A stretch of 53,923 nucleotides of DNA, filler included, from Bipalium vagum (lineage: Eukaryota), in assembly GCA_037834085.1 (NCBI GenBank). It is 3 parts of 3 records of this genome, joined end to end, with 100 filler letters (N's around TTAATTAATTAA, not from the genome) between each part and the next. Parts side by side here need not be neighbours in the genome. Positions count along the whole stretch, not along the records: positions 35,684 to 53,923 come from JBBMKC010035255.1; 2 more parts are not named here. The stretch is one strand, 5' to 3'. Under the pieces are notes generated by a model. The model saw nothing but the letters and a program-made list of their open reading frames with translations, did no database searches and was not told the DNA's origin. Below are positions 38,801 through 53,760 of this stretch, piece after piece; positions within the stretch are counted from its first letter, which is position 1, and every line of letters starts with the position of its first letter. Position numbers and translations under genes: made by a program.

Positions 38801-41800
38801 CTAATTAAAAAAAACTCACTCTAAAAGTCTGGATTCTAAAAACATAACATGTTTAATATAAAATATTAAATCAACCTTGGTAAAGGATCTGCAGTGATAT
38901 CGAAGTTCAACCGTGAATTTTCTAGAAAGTTTTTATTTCATAAATTTATTAGGCCCAGTAATTGGTATTTTAATTAGGTAAATATTAATTGAATTTAATG
39001 TCTTATTTTAATTTTTAGCGACCTGTGATACAAAATGACTAATTGTTATCATACTTCTCAGAGATGAATACTGAAAATTGTCAATCATCTCCAGCTGCGC
39101 CTCCAGCATTCATTTTAAAAAACTATTTAATTTTTTAATATTAGCTTAAGGTTGAAAATCCTGAATCGTTTTCCGAATAATTACCAATTTTTATTTAATT
39201 TTATATTGGTTATTCAATTATTGAGTTTTCCGATTTAATCTTTAAGGATTTTTTAATAAGATCTGGTTTTCTTATCAGCAGAAATCTTTGGATATTTTAT
39301 TAGTGAAAGATTATCTTATAACGAATTTTATAAATTCTTTAATTAAAAGGAAAAAAATGATATTTTGCAAAAAGATCGTCTGAGAAATTCAATTTATTTA
39401 TCAGTTAATATTTTGAAGAAATAATTGATTTTTATCGACGTAATCAATTTTTGATTAATGTAAAATATAAATAAATGTGAAATATATAATAAAAAATATG
39501 TATAATGATTTTATGTTTATTTTTTATGTGGCCATTTGCTCACATATTTGCAAAATATTTAATATTTTATTTATTTTTAGTTATTAACATGAATATAGTT
39601 GACAAACACATGTTCCGTGTATTTATATTTACACAAGTTTAATTATTTTATTAAACACCAGAAGTACATTTCAATTCATTTATATATTCTTATTTGACGG
39701 ACAGTCTTCATAATTTTATTAAATAATATTTGAAAACTTTACATTGAAGAAAATAAATATTGTGTTCGAAATTCGTTAACCTATTTTAAATTTTAAATAA
39801 AGAAATTAAAACAATATTTAATAAATGAATATTTAATAATATTTAATATTTAGTATTTAAATGAAACTGGGAGATGATTTTTTTCAAAAATCTTTATTTA
39901 ATTCCATAGACTTTAATTTTTTTTTATTTAATTAAATTATTTAGAGAATATATAAAAGTAACTAATTTTATCACAAAACATATTTTTAATTAATTTTTTG
40001 GATTTTACGGATTTTAACATATATTTCAGAAAAGTACATAATCATTACTAATAAGAATGTGAATAATTGAAATTATAAATATATCCACTCTAATTAGAAA
40101 TGGTAAAATTAATTTTAAATTTTAATTTTAGAGAAATTAAATAAATTTACCGTCAAAATTATATCGATTTTTATTTTATTAATAAAAAAAGTTATTAAGT
40201 AAATATTTTATTTTATTATTTTTTAAATGAAAAGGTAAATTTTTATTAATATATCAAAAACTCATTTGCATCATATATTATCCATATTGTTAAATAAATG
40301 AGTTTTCCTAAAATTTTGAAATTTTCATGTTCTAAATATTTTTTGTTTTTCAATGACAAGATGATTGAATACATTTAAGATGATCATACAAAGATAAGAA
40401 AACGATTTGACATTTTCATGTACTGTTGCATAAAATGCAATATATTTATTTTGACTAATTTTATTTAAATATCATGATGATTTGTTTTTAAAAACAATTT
40501 TTGGATATTTATAATTTTTTTTCACTAAAAATCAATGATATTATATTATTTATTTATTGATATTTTTTATTCTTTTTTGTTTTTATTTTTGCACGCGTCT
40601 GTTGAACTAACCGGTAATTATTATATTATTTACACGGTAAATAAACAAATATTAGTTTTCTGTGTTAAAATAGTGAAACGACAAATATTTGTAATTAATG
40701 TATTTATATTTCAATGGATTATTATATTTTCTCATCATGTGACTGAAAGGAAAGTACATATCAATAGAATGAAACAATTACAAGTCGTAAAATTGATTTT
40801 TCATATGACGTTGTGTTAGAAAAGAAAATATTTCTTGCCCTTAAAATATTTCTTTATCAGTGCAAGTTTTTCGGTTTATTTTTAGAAGTAAAAATTCTGA
40901 AAACTTATTTCTACGATATTAATAATTAAATTGAGTTTAGAAAGAAATTTCACAGTGAAATTTGAATAATTTTGCAAAGTATTTTTAAGTTAATTAATTT
41001 TAATAATATTTATATTCAATAATTAAACTGAGAAAGCAAAATATCCTAAGGTAGGTGATGAAAGCAGTAATGATGATTTTTCTTAGAAATTATTGATCTT
41101 GCATTCAACGTCATTTTCAATATATCTTTTCTGAAAATGATAATTTTATGCTTGATTACTTACTTCCAAATTCGTGATGTCATACACATGTATATCCAGC
41201 TTTGATTAACTAAACATGGCAAATATTTATTAAAATTGAACAAAGGACTTTTTACAAAAGTTTCATTTGAGAAATGATAAGTAAATCGATATAATTGCAT
41301 AATATTAGGTAATAAATTTTATTTTTGAAATTAAGAGTTAAAAAACACAAAAAACAGCTACTGCTCTGGGCTAAAAAAAAAGAATGGATTGGGACGATTA
41401 ATGGAAAAATGTGACATAATGAAAGGCGAGAAGTTTAATTTAGAATGGTCAGGTGATTTTTGCTACTATTAGAATTGGAGAGCCCAAAATTCTCAGAAAC
41501 TAAAACAAAGAATATCTTATTGTTATTCAAAAAATTTACAAAACATATTTAATTTGAATTTAAAAAAATTTAAAATCGATTTACATAAACTCAAAATTGA
41601 TTTTCTTAATTTCAAAATGTAGCTTCACAAATTCAAAATGAGAGTAAAAAACATGTAATATCAATCTTGCTAATTACAAAACTGGTATATTACGAACTAG
41701 TATATTTATTTTTAAAAACCAAAAAATTTGAAATGAGTCTTGAAGTATTACTACAATATGGAAGTGTCGTACGATTTCTTCTGAAGTAAATGAATCGCGA

Positions 41801-44800
41801 AAATAAGATTGCGGAATTGCTTGCTGTTTATAAAAAAGGCTGCACATCCCAACGCCCAATATATCGTTGGTATAATGAATTTCTGAATAATAGAATATCT
41901 GTTCGAAAAACAAAGGTGTCAGAGGTGTCTTAAAATCAATGACAAAATAACTGAAAACCTAGTACAAATTGTGCCAACCAAGAGCCAAAAATTTTCATAA
42001 GAGATTTGATATTATGCCTACATATGGGTCAATGCAATCTTCATTCTGTCCTTACAGTTTGCGGTATTCGAAGATTTGTCCTTGATTTGTAACGCAATTT
42101 TTGAAAACAGATATGCGATAACATTGTTTTGATATTTGACAAGAAAATCTTAATATTAATGTCTCACTAAACTAGAAAATTCATCACCACTTGACGTTTG
42201 ATGAATGAAATAAAACTTGTCAGATCTTGTCTGTCATTACAATAAAGGCTCTTGTCCCAAATCATACGAACATGTTTTTTGTTAGATGGCTTCGAAAGAA
42301 ATTAAACCCAGCATATGAAGAGAAAAATAAAAATTTTCTCGAAAAAGGCTTGATTAAAACAGTTTGAGAATAAATGACAAAGGTCCTCCTGTACTTATTA
42401 TATCATTGTCATTACTCTTTATAGGATGGAATTTTGTAAAAATATGCTCTTGGTGTCCATCATAAGTAAAATATTTATCAAACATGACACGTTTTTGTCA
42501 GGCTATTGTAAATCTTGGTGAATTCGTTACCATGAAATACCAATGGTTTATGATTCTCGGTTCAGATGACTGTCGGAAATATATTTCCCTTTAGTAAATA
42601 TTTTGATTACAAATGACATTATCACGTTATTGGGATTGGGGATGTTCAAAGATACGTAGTTAGCCTGAAGAATTATGATGACTGGTATTAATTAAGTCTT
42701 AAAGGTAAATATGACACGGGCATTTTAATCAGAAGTCTGTTTGAAATAAGATTAAAGAGGATCCTGACAAAAGAAGATTGTTAGTGATCATTATTGGTGA
42801 GACATTATAATAATAAATGAAATCTTTTTAAAACCTCTTGATAATATTTACTCTATAATATTGAAAATTTGTTAAATTCATCTTATTTTATGGATTAGGT
42901 AATGAAACGTGCAAAAGACCGACAATTTTAATTAAGTTCCATTTATACACTTCCAGTTTTAATTAAATAACTTTTAAATTTAGGTGGAGTATGAATATTC
43001 ATCACTAAAAATATAATGACCTTCATGATGAGTGTGAATAATTGACCCTTCTTAGCCCTTTTGGTTGAACATAGTAAAAAGTTATTTTGACTGGAATAGT
43101 AGCCACAAAATTTATGATCAAATATTATCTAAAATTCTTAGCTTGACTAAAATCTTGAACTATTTATCATTCAACCTTTACTACCAAAAAATCGGCTTTT
43201 TTGTCTGTCTCATTTTTTATATGCGAATAAAATATTTTATATATATATTTTATATAAAATATTATATACAGTAAAAGAATATTTTCCATGTCAAGCTCAA
43301 TAATTAAGAATTACCTTGAAGTTAAAAAGAAAATGTCACAGGAATATGTTAACAAATTTATATTATACGTCTAATACATAAAATTATATAAAAATGACCA
43401 TAAAAAGTTATGCATTTCACACTTAACGACCTAATATTATTTATATTTATTATATTACGTATCTGAAAATAGTGGATTGGGATTTCCTATTTTTAATTAT
43501 ATTCATAAAAAATGTGTTATTTATTGTTTATAACTTTATAATCAATAAATAAATAGCACGTCTAAAGTTTAAAAAATCTTTGAACAAAATTTTCATAAGA
43601 AAAAATAATTTTAATTATATTTATAAATTTAATTAATCTGTTTAATTAATAATTAAGTTTGATTAATTAACTCTGAAAAATATATCTGTGAGAACAATCT
43701 GTACCAGTCCCCAAATCGACCGAGGTACTGATATGTGATTTGGTAAAAAATCTATCAAAAATGGTATACGCTTCGGGTTAACGATTTTTAATGTGACTTT
43801 CATTTCTGGTCTCGATGTGAATGAAGTATATTTTTCAGACATTTTCTAATATTTATTTATTCGTTACAAAATTTGTCATAAAAAATGTAAATGTTTTTGA
43901 AACGTTTCCGAACGTCTATTGCGCTATGTTAATAAATATTTATTTTTGCGAAAAATAATAAAATTAATATAAAAATATACCGTATTTCAATTTTATTTAT
44001 TTATTAATGTTTAAATTATATTTATAATTTTTCAAAATAAATTATTTTAATTATTATTTATTTTCAATTTTGTCTCATTTAATTATTCTAATTATGAAAT
44101 ACTTTAAATTTAAGTTGGTTCCGTTTTCATTCCATTTTCAGAATGACATTTTTTTATGAAAAACCAAAATTACAAAATTTTATTTTTTATACACTTAATT
44201 TTTATATTAAGTTACAAAATATTAATTATAATTAAAATTAGTGAAAATTATTTCTTATTACCATAATATTTATAATAACAGTGATTAATAACTATAGTGA
44301 CATTCGAAAAAATTTAATTTTTTTTCATCTAACTTATAAAAAATTTTCTATAAAATAATAATTATTGTAAATTTGTTTTATATTATTATTTATATTTTTA
44401 TTATTTATTATTTAATTTATAATTTTTATTTTTAAGAATTTAATTTAATTATATTATTTTAAATGATAAAATTATTTTTATATTACCAATTTTTTATTAT
44501 TAAGTTGAAACATGATTGTTATAAAAAATGATAAATTATCCCTTTATTGATTAATGTTTAATTTTGTGAATTAATCTAGATATTGTATAATTGTTGTCGT
44601 ACTCACTGTTTCACTCACTGACAATTTCAAAAATATAATTTTATAAAAAAAAATAAAATAAAAAAAAATAATAATAAATAATAAATAAATATAATTTTTT
44701 AAATAAAAAATTATTAATAGTTATTTTCAATTGATATTGTCATTATGATATTAAGTACAAGATGAAAATCTGTGACATAAAAAATAAATTTTAAATTACA

Positions 44801-47800
44801 GTCAAACATTATAGGAAACACTATCTACATAAGGAACAGTAATGTATAAGAATAATTTTTAAAAATTGGGTCTTCATAAACAGGAAATATCAAAAAATAA
44901 AAACGATTTGTTTATAACGAACGAGAACAAAATTTTTCACATTTAATGTATCACTAATCCGCTTGGTTTATAAAATAAAAGGTTATAACGAACATTGTTT
45001 TGCTTAAATATTGAGTAGTAAATTTTATAGGTTTTTTTTATTTTTATTTTTTGAGTATAAAGAAACAACTAATGATTTAGAGATTCAGAAGAGGGAAGTA
45101 ATTCACAAATGAAATTTCATGTCCTCCAATGATGCACTTTTTCTGTTATAAACATAGAAAGGTTTTTCCTCGTAAATATTCCCCGAAAGATTGAATGAAG
45201 TTCATAAAATAAAAGATGAATTATTAAGGGAACAAAAATCACGAAATCTTACGATGATTTCTTGATTTCTTCAATAGAAATTAATATTTTTTGTGACGTA
45301 TCACCTGATAAATAAAAATTTTTATTGTGTAATTTATCGTGCTTACCTGATTAGTGCTTATCATAATTGTGTGATCATGCAACCATGACTTATAAAGTCT
45401 GTAGTGAACCGATCAGTTTTCCCAAAAGTTTCTGTTTCTTATACAGATGTCACTGTATATTACACAAAATACACTAATTAACAACGTCAACTATGTATGG
45501 CTCTATTGATATTAACATTTATTTTCAATTTTTGAATATCTTTATGTTCTATTATTTAATGATTTTTTCTAATTGACGTTTTAGTCTTTCAATCTAATCT
45601 ATAAAACAGATTTTGTTAGAAAATGACGTTTCCCATATCTTCACATGTATTTAAGCTCAAATAATCTCACTGCGTGTCCGTTCATTTGATGTTATTTACA
45701 ACATGTTATACTTAAAATAATCATTCTCAAAGGTCAGCTTACTTAACCTTTCATATAGATTTCCTTAAATTAGGACATTCAATAGTGCGTTCAAATCAAA
45801 GTTAAATTTTAGTTATAACATTTAATGATTTTCTCAAGTAAGTTTAATGTGGAGTCAGGTGACTCTTGAAATTCTAAAATAAATAAAAGTGCTCTGCTAG
45901 AATTTTGGACAAATAATGAAAATTTTCATTTTTTTATACTTCAAGTTTTCTTTAATATTACAATATCTTCAAAACAGCTGTACATTTATTATCATAATAA
46001 CTGAGAGATTAAAGTAATTAGTTATATAAACAGAGTGAATTATTATAAGCCAACAAGGTCATTTTCGATTTTACATATTTTTCCCAATGGGAAAAAAGTT
46101 TTTCTTTCTGATCTACTTCAAACCATAAACTAATATTTTTTAGTAAAGATGAAGATCTTTGGCAATTCCATACAAAGTTATCCCTGTATCAGCCTTAATC
46201 GGTGATTTCCAAGTACTATTGGCGAAATTTCGTGATTCTCACCTTTTAAACTTTCATGTCTGTTTTGGAAATTAGCAGTTTACCATTGCATTGTAGGCTC
46301 ACTTGTAGTACATACATCGAACGTATTCTTCATTCGGCGAGTTGCTTACACCACGTACTTTGTTGCCACCTTAAACTTCAAAAAAAGTAAACCAATTTTC
46401 TTTCTTGCTCGTCATGATTTTCAGAGTATAAATTTAATATAAGATATAAGGTAACCTGAATTTAATAGCATTAATAATATAAAGCTTCAAATCAATATCC
46501 AAGAGAAATGACAACTTTCGTAAAATATTATTAATTATAATAGATTATAAGTTATAATCATAGATTATTAATTATAAAGAATTTTTAGTTGATAGACTAA
46601 TTTTTCAATTTTAGGTTGCACAAATGCTGGCATCGGACATGTGTGAGAAAAGAGAGGCTGCGTTGAGACAAGTAGCACAACAGACAGTTCGAATTGTTTT
46701 GTCAGCAGGAACTGCATATTCTACTGAAGGTACCAGGCAAAGCTCCCTTTCGGACAATATCGTAACAGATATTGTTAGCTCTATAGGAGGTCATACAACT
46801 GGGTTAATGCTGAAAGAGGCATTTCGTGTCATTGCACTGTTGTTGGATGATACGAATTATACAATATTCGTTGGAGCTTTGGTAGGTTATTATCAACTGG
46901 GGGATCAATTAAAATTTTATTTATAGAGAGCCTTTCGAGAAATTCTTGGCTTTTTGATATGTAGAACAGAAAATGACGTTGACAGAATGAGCCGAATGAT
47001 TTCACCAATTTTATTCCAGCTTCTTAGAATTTGTGGAGACTCAACTCAAAAGAAAAAGTCTCAAATGTGTTTGTCTACTTTATTTGAGCTTGCCAAAGGT
47101 CAAGAAGGAGGAATGGCTCTAGGTCGAGAAATTAGAAAACGTAGGTGATTTGGGATATGCTGTTCTTGGAAAATTATTTATTTTTAAAAAATTAATTACA
47201 TTTTCATTGTCTTAAAATATGTCAATTTAGGGCTCTAAATATCTGTCTATTTTATTATTTGTTACCAAAATTTGTCTGAGGTAAAAATTATCGAAAATTC
47301 CCCTATTAAATCTTTTTCGTGAACTAAATTTTATGATAAATCCAATTTTTGATAAAACTACCGAAAACTGAAAATTTTTATAACTTATATTGTGACTGAA
47401 AACTGTTTTTAAAATAATAAAGTCCACCTGTTTTAATTATGGAAGATATTTTTCAAGAATAAATGACATTGGCAAAAGAAGATTTCATAAAGAAACCACA
47501 GAAGAAAATCTGTGTAAGGTTTTAAGTACATGGAGCACCTTCTTTTAATACTTTGACCATGTTTGCACGGATTTCTGTTGTGTATAATCCTTCTAGGACA
47601 ACGAATTTTATAATTACTCGATATTTAATTTTTCAATTTTAAAACAAATGTCGTCAAGTCAAATTAAAAATACTTAATTTAAACAAATGATTTTACATAT
47701 GGAAGTGATATTATAAACAGGTCATTAGTATTAAAGGTGAAATATTAAAATGGCTTTATTGATAAATTATTCCTGTTGCTTTTAAAACCTTTTAAAACCA

Positions 47801-50762
47801 CCTCGTCTTTTGGATAATAATATTTGATAACAAATTTTGAGATAATTATTTTTAATAAAATTACATTTTTTTGTTAATTTAAAAAGTGAATTTTTTATAA
47901 ACAAAAAATAAAATGTCATTGTTTTTTTCTTTTTTAAGAACGTGATATTTTTTAATATTTTAATTTCTGTCCATTTACACTCAGAGAATGATTTAGCTAA
48001 GCGATTAAGAAGAACTATTGATAATTAGAATCACTGAGAAAATAATTAATTTTTCACAGAAGATAAAAATTTGATAATAATCAAATTTTTAGAATTAAAA
48101 AAAATTTTTTGTTAAAAAGCGTTTTAGGCTTTCTTAAAGCTCAAAAATTGATCAGATGATAAACAGATGATATTTTTCCTGGATGGCGTCGATGGACTAA
48201 TATTTGTAATATATTGATCTAGCCTGAGTTGTGTGATTTAGAAAATGCGATATTATCATTAAACCTATTCTTATTGAAAAAATAAATTCTTATAATATGA
48301 ATAAATGACAGTTTTTATTATGAATTGATTGATGATTGACAGAGCATCCGGCCTAAAATAGTCAATCACATATTTTATACATAAAGGGTTATGGTACCCC
48401 TAATTTTCGAAACTACCAGTTCTGTAAAAAATCTGAAACCTTTATGTATTTGTCATATAAATATAGCACTGCTCAAAATTCACAAGTAAAGTTGATTAGG
48501 GCGTTAATTTTCGTTCAGCAAGTCTCCCTGTGACAGGATGGCAACGTTTGGCAAAGTTTACTATTAGTGACCATCATCGATTTGAAGTCATTCATTGTTA
48601 CGGTCGAATGTCACTCTTGGAAAAACTCTTGGACAAGTTTGATTTGACGTCTGAAATTCTCAGGAAGTTATTGGAATTTGTTACTGTTCAATTGCTCTTG
48701 ATGTATCGATCAATGCATTTGTCGAGTTCTGTTGATCCTGGAAAAATTGATTCTGTTGAAACTGCAGACGTAGATACAGGACTGTCGGCATCTGACATCC
48801 AACTGTTGGCGGGAAAACGAATTCATAAATTGGTACGATCTTTATTTGGTACTTAAGGTTAAGAGAAATTTTTTTACATCAGCATTTAAATATTGTTTGT
48901 CCATTGTTAAATTATAAAAAAATTAAGTAACGTGATAGGTTTTTTTGTCAATCTTTTATTAATATTAACCAGTAATAATGTCAAACCTCAAACTAAGATC
49001 TCTTCTAAAAATGGGATACCTTTTGTTGATACTCATTGTTAACACGATACAAATATTGCCACATTTTTTCTGTTTTATGTTAAACAGTAGTATGTTTGTT
49101 TATATTTTAATTTTAATTTTTTATTATTTATTAAAGTTTGATTAATTTTTTTAAAGATATGTAGCTTTTTTGAAAAAATAAATCCTTTTATTTTACTCAT
49201 CTGATTAACTTTCACTAGTATAATAAAACTTTGATAATATAAAATTATTATTTTGATGGATTGTTTCTCATTGAAAATGTTGAAATTTTTCCGCTTTCCC
49301 AAATAAAAAATTGACATTCAATATTATAAGATGAACTAATTGTTTTGATTAATTTTATCCATAAATTTGTTTAATTATATCTTTACTATAGCAACCAACA
49401 AAGTCATCAATTTTAAAAATTATATATTTTCAAAAACAGATGCAGCTCCTTTCAAAAAATAATTTGAACAAATTATTATTAAAAAAAACTCAAATTAATA
49501 TTACAAATCTACGTTAAAATAAATAATTTATTTACCACAATATTTTCTAAAGGTTAATTGCAAAATTTATAAATTTTATTTACAAGACACTTTTTTCATA
49601 ATGATTTTTTCATGTGTTTTATTATCAATAAATTAAGTTTTATAATTAATATTTTATTATTATTATTATTATTTGTAGTTTATAGTTTATTTAATTTATT
49701 TCAAAAAATTTTAAAATTTTATTATAATATATTAAGCAAGCTATTAATATGTTTTAAAAATCTGAGGTTATTTTGATTATAATTTATAAATTATTTTATT
49801 AGAATTGTTTAAATTGATGAAAATAATAAAAATATAGATTAAACACAATAATAAGTCTTGTTATTTTCTTTAAATATTTTTAAAAGGCTTATTTTAGTTT
49901 TCATTATATAAATTATTATTAATAACAACAATCTCCTTTATATAATTTCATATTAATAAATTTATTATTTATTTATTATTAATAAATTATATTTTTTTAA
50001 ATTATTGATTTTAAAAAATCAATGTGACACAACGGAGAGATCGAAATTCAAAATTCATGTCCACATATTTAACGTAAATTCTCCAGGTCTTCTTATAATT
50101 ATGCTACCTTATGCTTGGTTTCTTTTTATATGAAAACAGAGACTTCCAGTCAGAAATAGGAGCTAATGGATGTCCATTTGTTTTAAGAAATTTTCTGTAG
50201 CTTTTAATATTCGATATACTGCGTACAAATGTGAAATCATTTTTTTCTCATTTTAAAATTTATTGTGTAATTTTATGCATTTTATTTCACTGGATTTCCT
50301 GTGTGACCCTTTGTATTTCACAATGTCTTTTATCAATAATTGATGCAATAATGACATTGTTACCGCTTTCACAGATATATATATTCGATAATTGTTTTTA
50401 TGTCACTATTACAAAGTGTTTAATTATTTTTTTATATTAACCCAGAGAAAAAATAATAATTCGTTTCATGAGAAAATATTTTTGTGTGACATTGTAAATT
50501 CTGAGCTTAAACATAAGAATTCAAATTATATCTTCATTTGGTATACATTAAAATCACCATTTTTAATCATTGGGATTTGACCGTTGGGATCGATTATTGT
50601 TAATTAAAATCTGAGATTGAGAAATTGTTTATGTAAAACTTTTAATTAACCAATGAAAATATTTAAGTTATTTTAATAATTAAAAATAATATTTAAAATG
50701 ATAATTCATTTGAAAAAATAGGAAAAATTATAATTAATATTGATAATGATTTTCGGATATAT

Positions 50763-50799
<37 letters not shown>

Positions 50800-53130
50800 T
50801 AAATAATAATACGAATAATAAATAATAATAATATTCACACTGACTATTTAATTTATTTTATTTATCTTAAAATTAATATTTTATAAACTAATATCAAAAT
50901 TTAAATTTGACACTGAAATAATATTAAAAATGGAAAATTTTGAAATTTTGAACAAAAATGTTTATTTATAAGTGCTTTCATATTAAAGATATTAAATTAA
51001 TATAATTAATAATTATTATTTAATAATACATTGTTTGAAAGAAATAGTCAGTTTTCTCATTAAATGGGAAATTATAATATATGACAGGGCTTGGTACAAA
51101 GATGACATCGAACAACTTTCTATTAGATGGCTTCTGACTATCGAATCAAAATGCGTTTATTTTAAAACGTGATTTTCATTTTGTTTTCCTTAAATATATG
51201 TTGCAGTTTTTGCTTTTAAAGAGCACGAACTTTTGATTAACCCTAATATTTCAAAATTAGCATTATTCATAATAGTCGATAATTAGCATTTTTTTAAAAC
51301 GATTAACTCAAAAAAATTATTTATTTTTATATATTATTATTCGATTTAATAGTGTTTTAAGATGGAGAATTTGTAAAAATTGACAAAAACATATTGACTG
51401 AATTATGTCCAAAAATAATTTTTTGGGTTTCTAAAATTTTCCTGAAAATTTCCTTAAACTAATAAAAATAATTGGAATGTAATTTATTTATTGACTCTTC
51501 GTTATTATTTAGGCCAAAACACTATTCATTAATACGGCGAAACTGGCAATTTCCAAATTAAAATTTAACGGATGGTCTCTAGAAGAGATATATTTTGAAT
51601 TATGGAAATATCTCAATAAGCTGCCCCCACTATGGAAGGAAAAACTTGTTGCGAAACTGAAGATACCGATGGATAAATATGCCAACTGTGAAAAATTGGA
51701 AATGGCAAAGCAGGATGTAAATAAAGACGAAACAAAATTAGATTCGCCATCGGTAATAGTTGGATCGACAAATGTTAGTAAAGGGTATCGAATATCGAAA
51801 CGGTGTTCACAAATAAAATCCTTTGGGGGAACTCACAGGTTTGCTAGTATGCAATCGGTGAACAGTGTAAACTCTCTGAAAGTTCGAGCTGGAAATGTAA
51901 CGAACATTAATAAAAGTTTTAGTGGGGATTTGTGCCGTATTTCACCCTTTATTCGTATTACACCTGAACCTGCTTATGATGTCGTACCCTTATCGGAAAG
52001 TGATGGTGAAATGTCAGATGAAACCAGCTCTGTATTTTTCTCTGAATTGGCCATCCACAATTCTATTTATGGTCATCAGTTTGGATTACAAGAATCCAAA
52101 GTTAAAATGTGTGATGAAGAGGAAGTCTCAAGAATAAATCATATTTTCCGAAAGATATTAAGTGAACAATCGAATCTGTTGGACAAATATAATAGTCAAG
52201 ATCTGGAATCTCAGCCTCCTCCAGGTTTGGGAGTATTCTCAACTGAATATCGATCTGGTTATGAATGGTACCAAGGCACTTTACTTGGAACTGGAGCATT
52301 CAGCAAATGCTATCAAGGTCGAGATGTGAGAACCGGTCTTCTCATGGCCGTTAAACAGATTTGCATAGGTAACAACTGTCTTGAGAAAAATAAGGAAGTA
52401 ATAAAAGCCGTTAAAACTGAAGTTAACCTTATGATACAACTCAATCATCCGAACGTTCTTCCGCTACTTGGTGCTGTGTTTTCCTCTTCAGATAACACAA
52501 TTAGCATGTTTGTTCGTTGGATGCCGGGAGGCAGTGTTGCATCTTTGCTTAGTCAATACAGTTCGTTCTTGGAGTCGGTCACTTTGGCCTATGCACTTCA
52601 AACAATTCGAGGATTGAGTTATATCCATTCAAAGAGAATTCTACATAGGGATTTAAAAGGTTAATTAATATTAAAATGAACCTCTTTTTCTTCAAAACAT
52701 AATAGTTATTATTAGTAGTAGTAGTTGTAGTAGCAGTATTTTGGAAAGGATGCTTCAAAGTCACGTCTTTTAGTTTTAAAATTTCTAATTGAAACTTCGT
52801 TTTTGGTTAAGGTGCTAATCTTTTACTGGATAGCAGTGGTATGCGGCTTCGAATATCGGATTTCGGCGCTTCAGCTAGACTTTCTAATGGGCGCGACAGC
52901 AATGCCAGTGATTTTAAGGGCCAGTTGTTGGGTACAGTGGCCTTTATGGCTCCTGAGGTGCATTTATATTATTAGAGTTTTCCTTTACACTCTCATAGGT
53001 ACTTAGAGGAGAAGAATATGGTCGCTCATGTGATGTCTGGAGTTTGGCTTGCTGCATAATTGAAATGTTGACTGGAACTCAACCATGGCGTGATCGCAAT
53101 CATACAAATCATTTGGCCTTAATGTACACT
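35831..53130 (+). CDS. MAP3K1: MAP3K1/MEKK1 (C4HC3 RING, ARM/TOG-like region, STE11-type kinase); partial at both ends
   Basis: Exons 35831-35985, <37334-37626 (start lost in the N gap), 46615-46881, 46927-47140, 48519-48832, 51513-52659, 52812-52957, 52999-53130; phases are consistent where visible. RING: [28 protein letters not shown], and [18 protein letters not shown]. Kinase: [83 protein letters not shown]. Confidence 0.95.
37160..37333. other. Sequence gap (N run) that removes the acceptor and first codons of a MAP3K1 exon
   Basis: Coding sequence (..[14 protein letters not shown]) begins immediately after the Ns. Confidence 0.9.
41330..41480 (+). mobile_element. Tc1/Tc3-like transposase fragment
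   Basis: [37 protein letters not shown] parallels the Tc3-type W..V.FSDEKKFNLDGPDG..YYW motif. Confidence 0.6.
41740..42200 (+). mobile_element. Mariner transposase N-terminal remnant
   Basis: [32 protein letters not shown] resembles the mariner HTH (PS..TVYRW..EF..GR.S); the downstream sequence is degraded. Confidence 0.6.
44799..45455. mobile_element. Old Tigger-like non-autonomous element
   Basis: TA|CAGTCAAACATTATAGGAAACA ... TGTTTCTTATACAGATGTCACTG|TA form degenerate inverted ends with TA flanks. Confidence 0.55.
46145..46415 (-). mobile_element. Mariner transposase N-terminal (HTH) remnant, Hsmar1-like
   Basis: Minus-strand pieces [49 protein letters not shown] parallel the mariner TTRNINNAFG..TVQWWF..DESLEDE..IEADP.TT.E.A..L pattern. 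Confidence 0.7.
47515..47605 (-). mobile_element. Small mariner N-terminal fragment
   Basis: [23 protein letters not shown] resembles the first helix region of mariner transposases. Confidence 0.45.
50763..50835. repeat. Imperfect (AAT)n microsatellite
   Basis: Directly visible in the sequence. Confidence 0.9.
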
Positions 53131-53760
53131 GTGAGCCTTCTCTTAAATTTTACTTGTTAACAATCAGAAAAACTTTTATAATATCATATTATGTGATTAT
53201 GTTTAATTTTTCGTTTTAATCATGACTCGTGGAATCGACCAAATGTTCGTACATAAAGCAGTTGGTTTCTATAAAACCTCACGATAAAATAATGCAACAA
53301 CCTAAATAATTGCAAGATTATATTAATAATATTAACATTCGATTATTCTTCCTTAAGGTGAGATCCTTTAAAGATTTTTGAATAAAATCGAGGTACTGGA
53401 AATCAAAATAATTAAACCTTTTTTTAAGTTTTCACAAAAATAATAGATTAATTGATAAATAATTATTAGATCAAGTGTAATTTAAGATCGATTATATTAA
53501 TAAATTTGATTAATATTACCCAATATACAAGATTTGATTTTAAAATGTATAAGCGAAATGCTCAGTTTTATTATTCTTTCATTTATGTAAACATTTTGAT
53601 GGATGAGAAATTAATAATAATAATTAAATGAAAAACACATCGTAAAATCCAACAAATATCAGTAATAAAAATCTTTTATAAGTTAAAAATGAGGCTGAGG
53701 ATTGACTTTACAAAATAAAAAATACTTTCATTGTGGAACGATGATACATGGAGAAATGTA

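Noticed and set aside
39019-39120. Possible additional MAP3K1 exon ([16 protein letters not shown])
   Set aside because: No suitable donor occurs before a stop codon, and exons 37626 and 46615 already join in phase.
35-53130. A functional gene cluster of HERC2, filamin and MEKK1 (ubiquitin/JNK scaffold system)
   Set aside because: The genes are separated by artificial spacers at which two of them are truncated, so the adjacency is unsupported.
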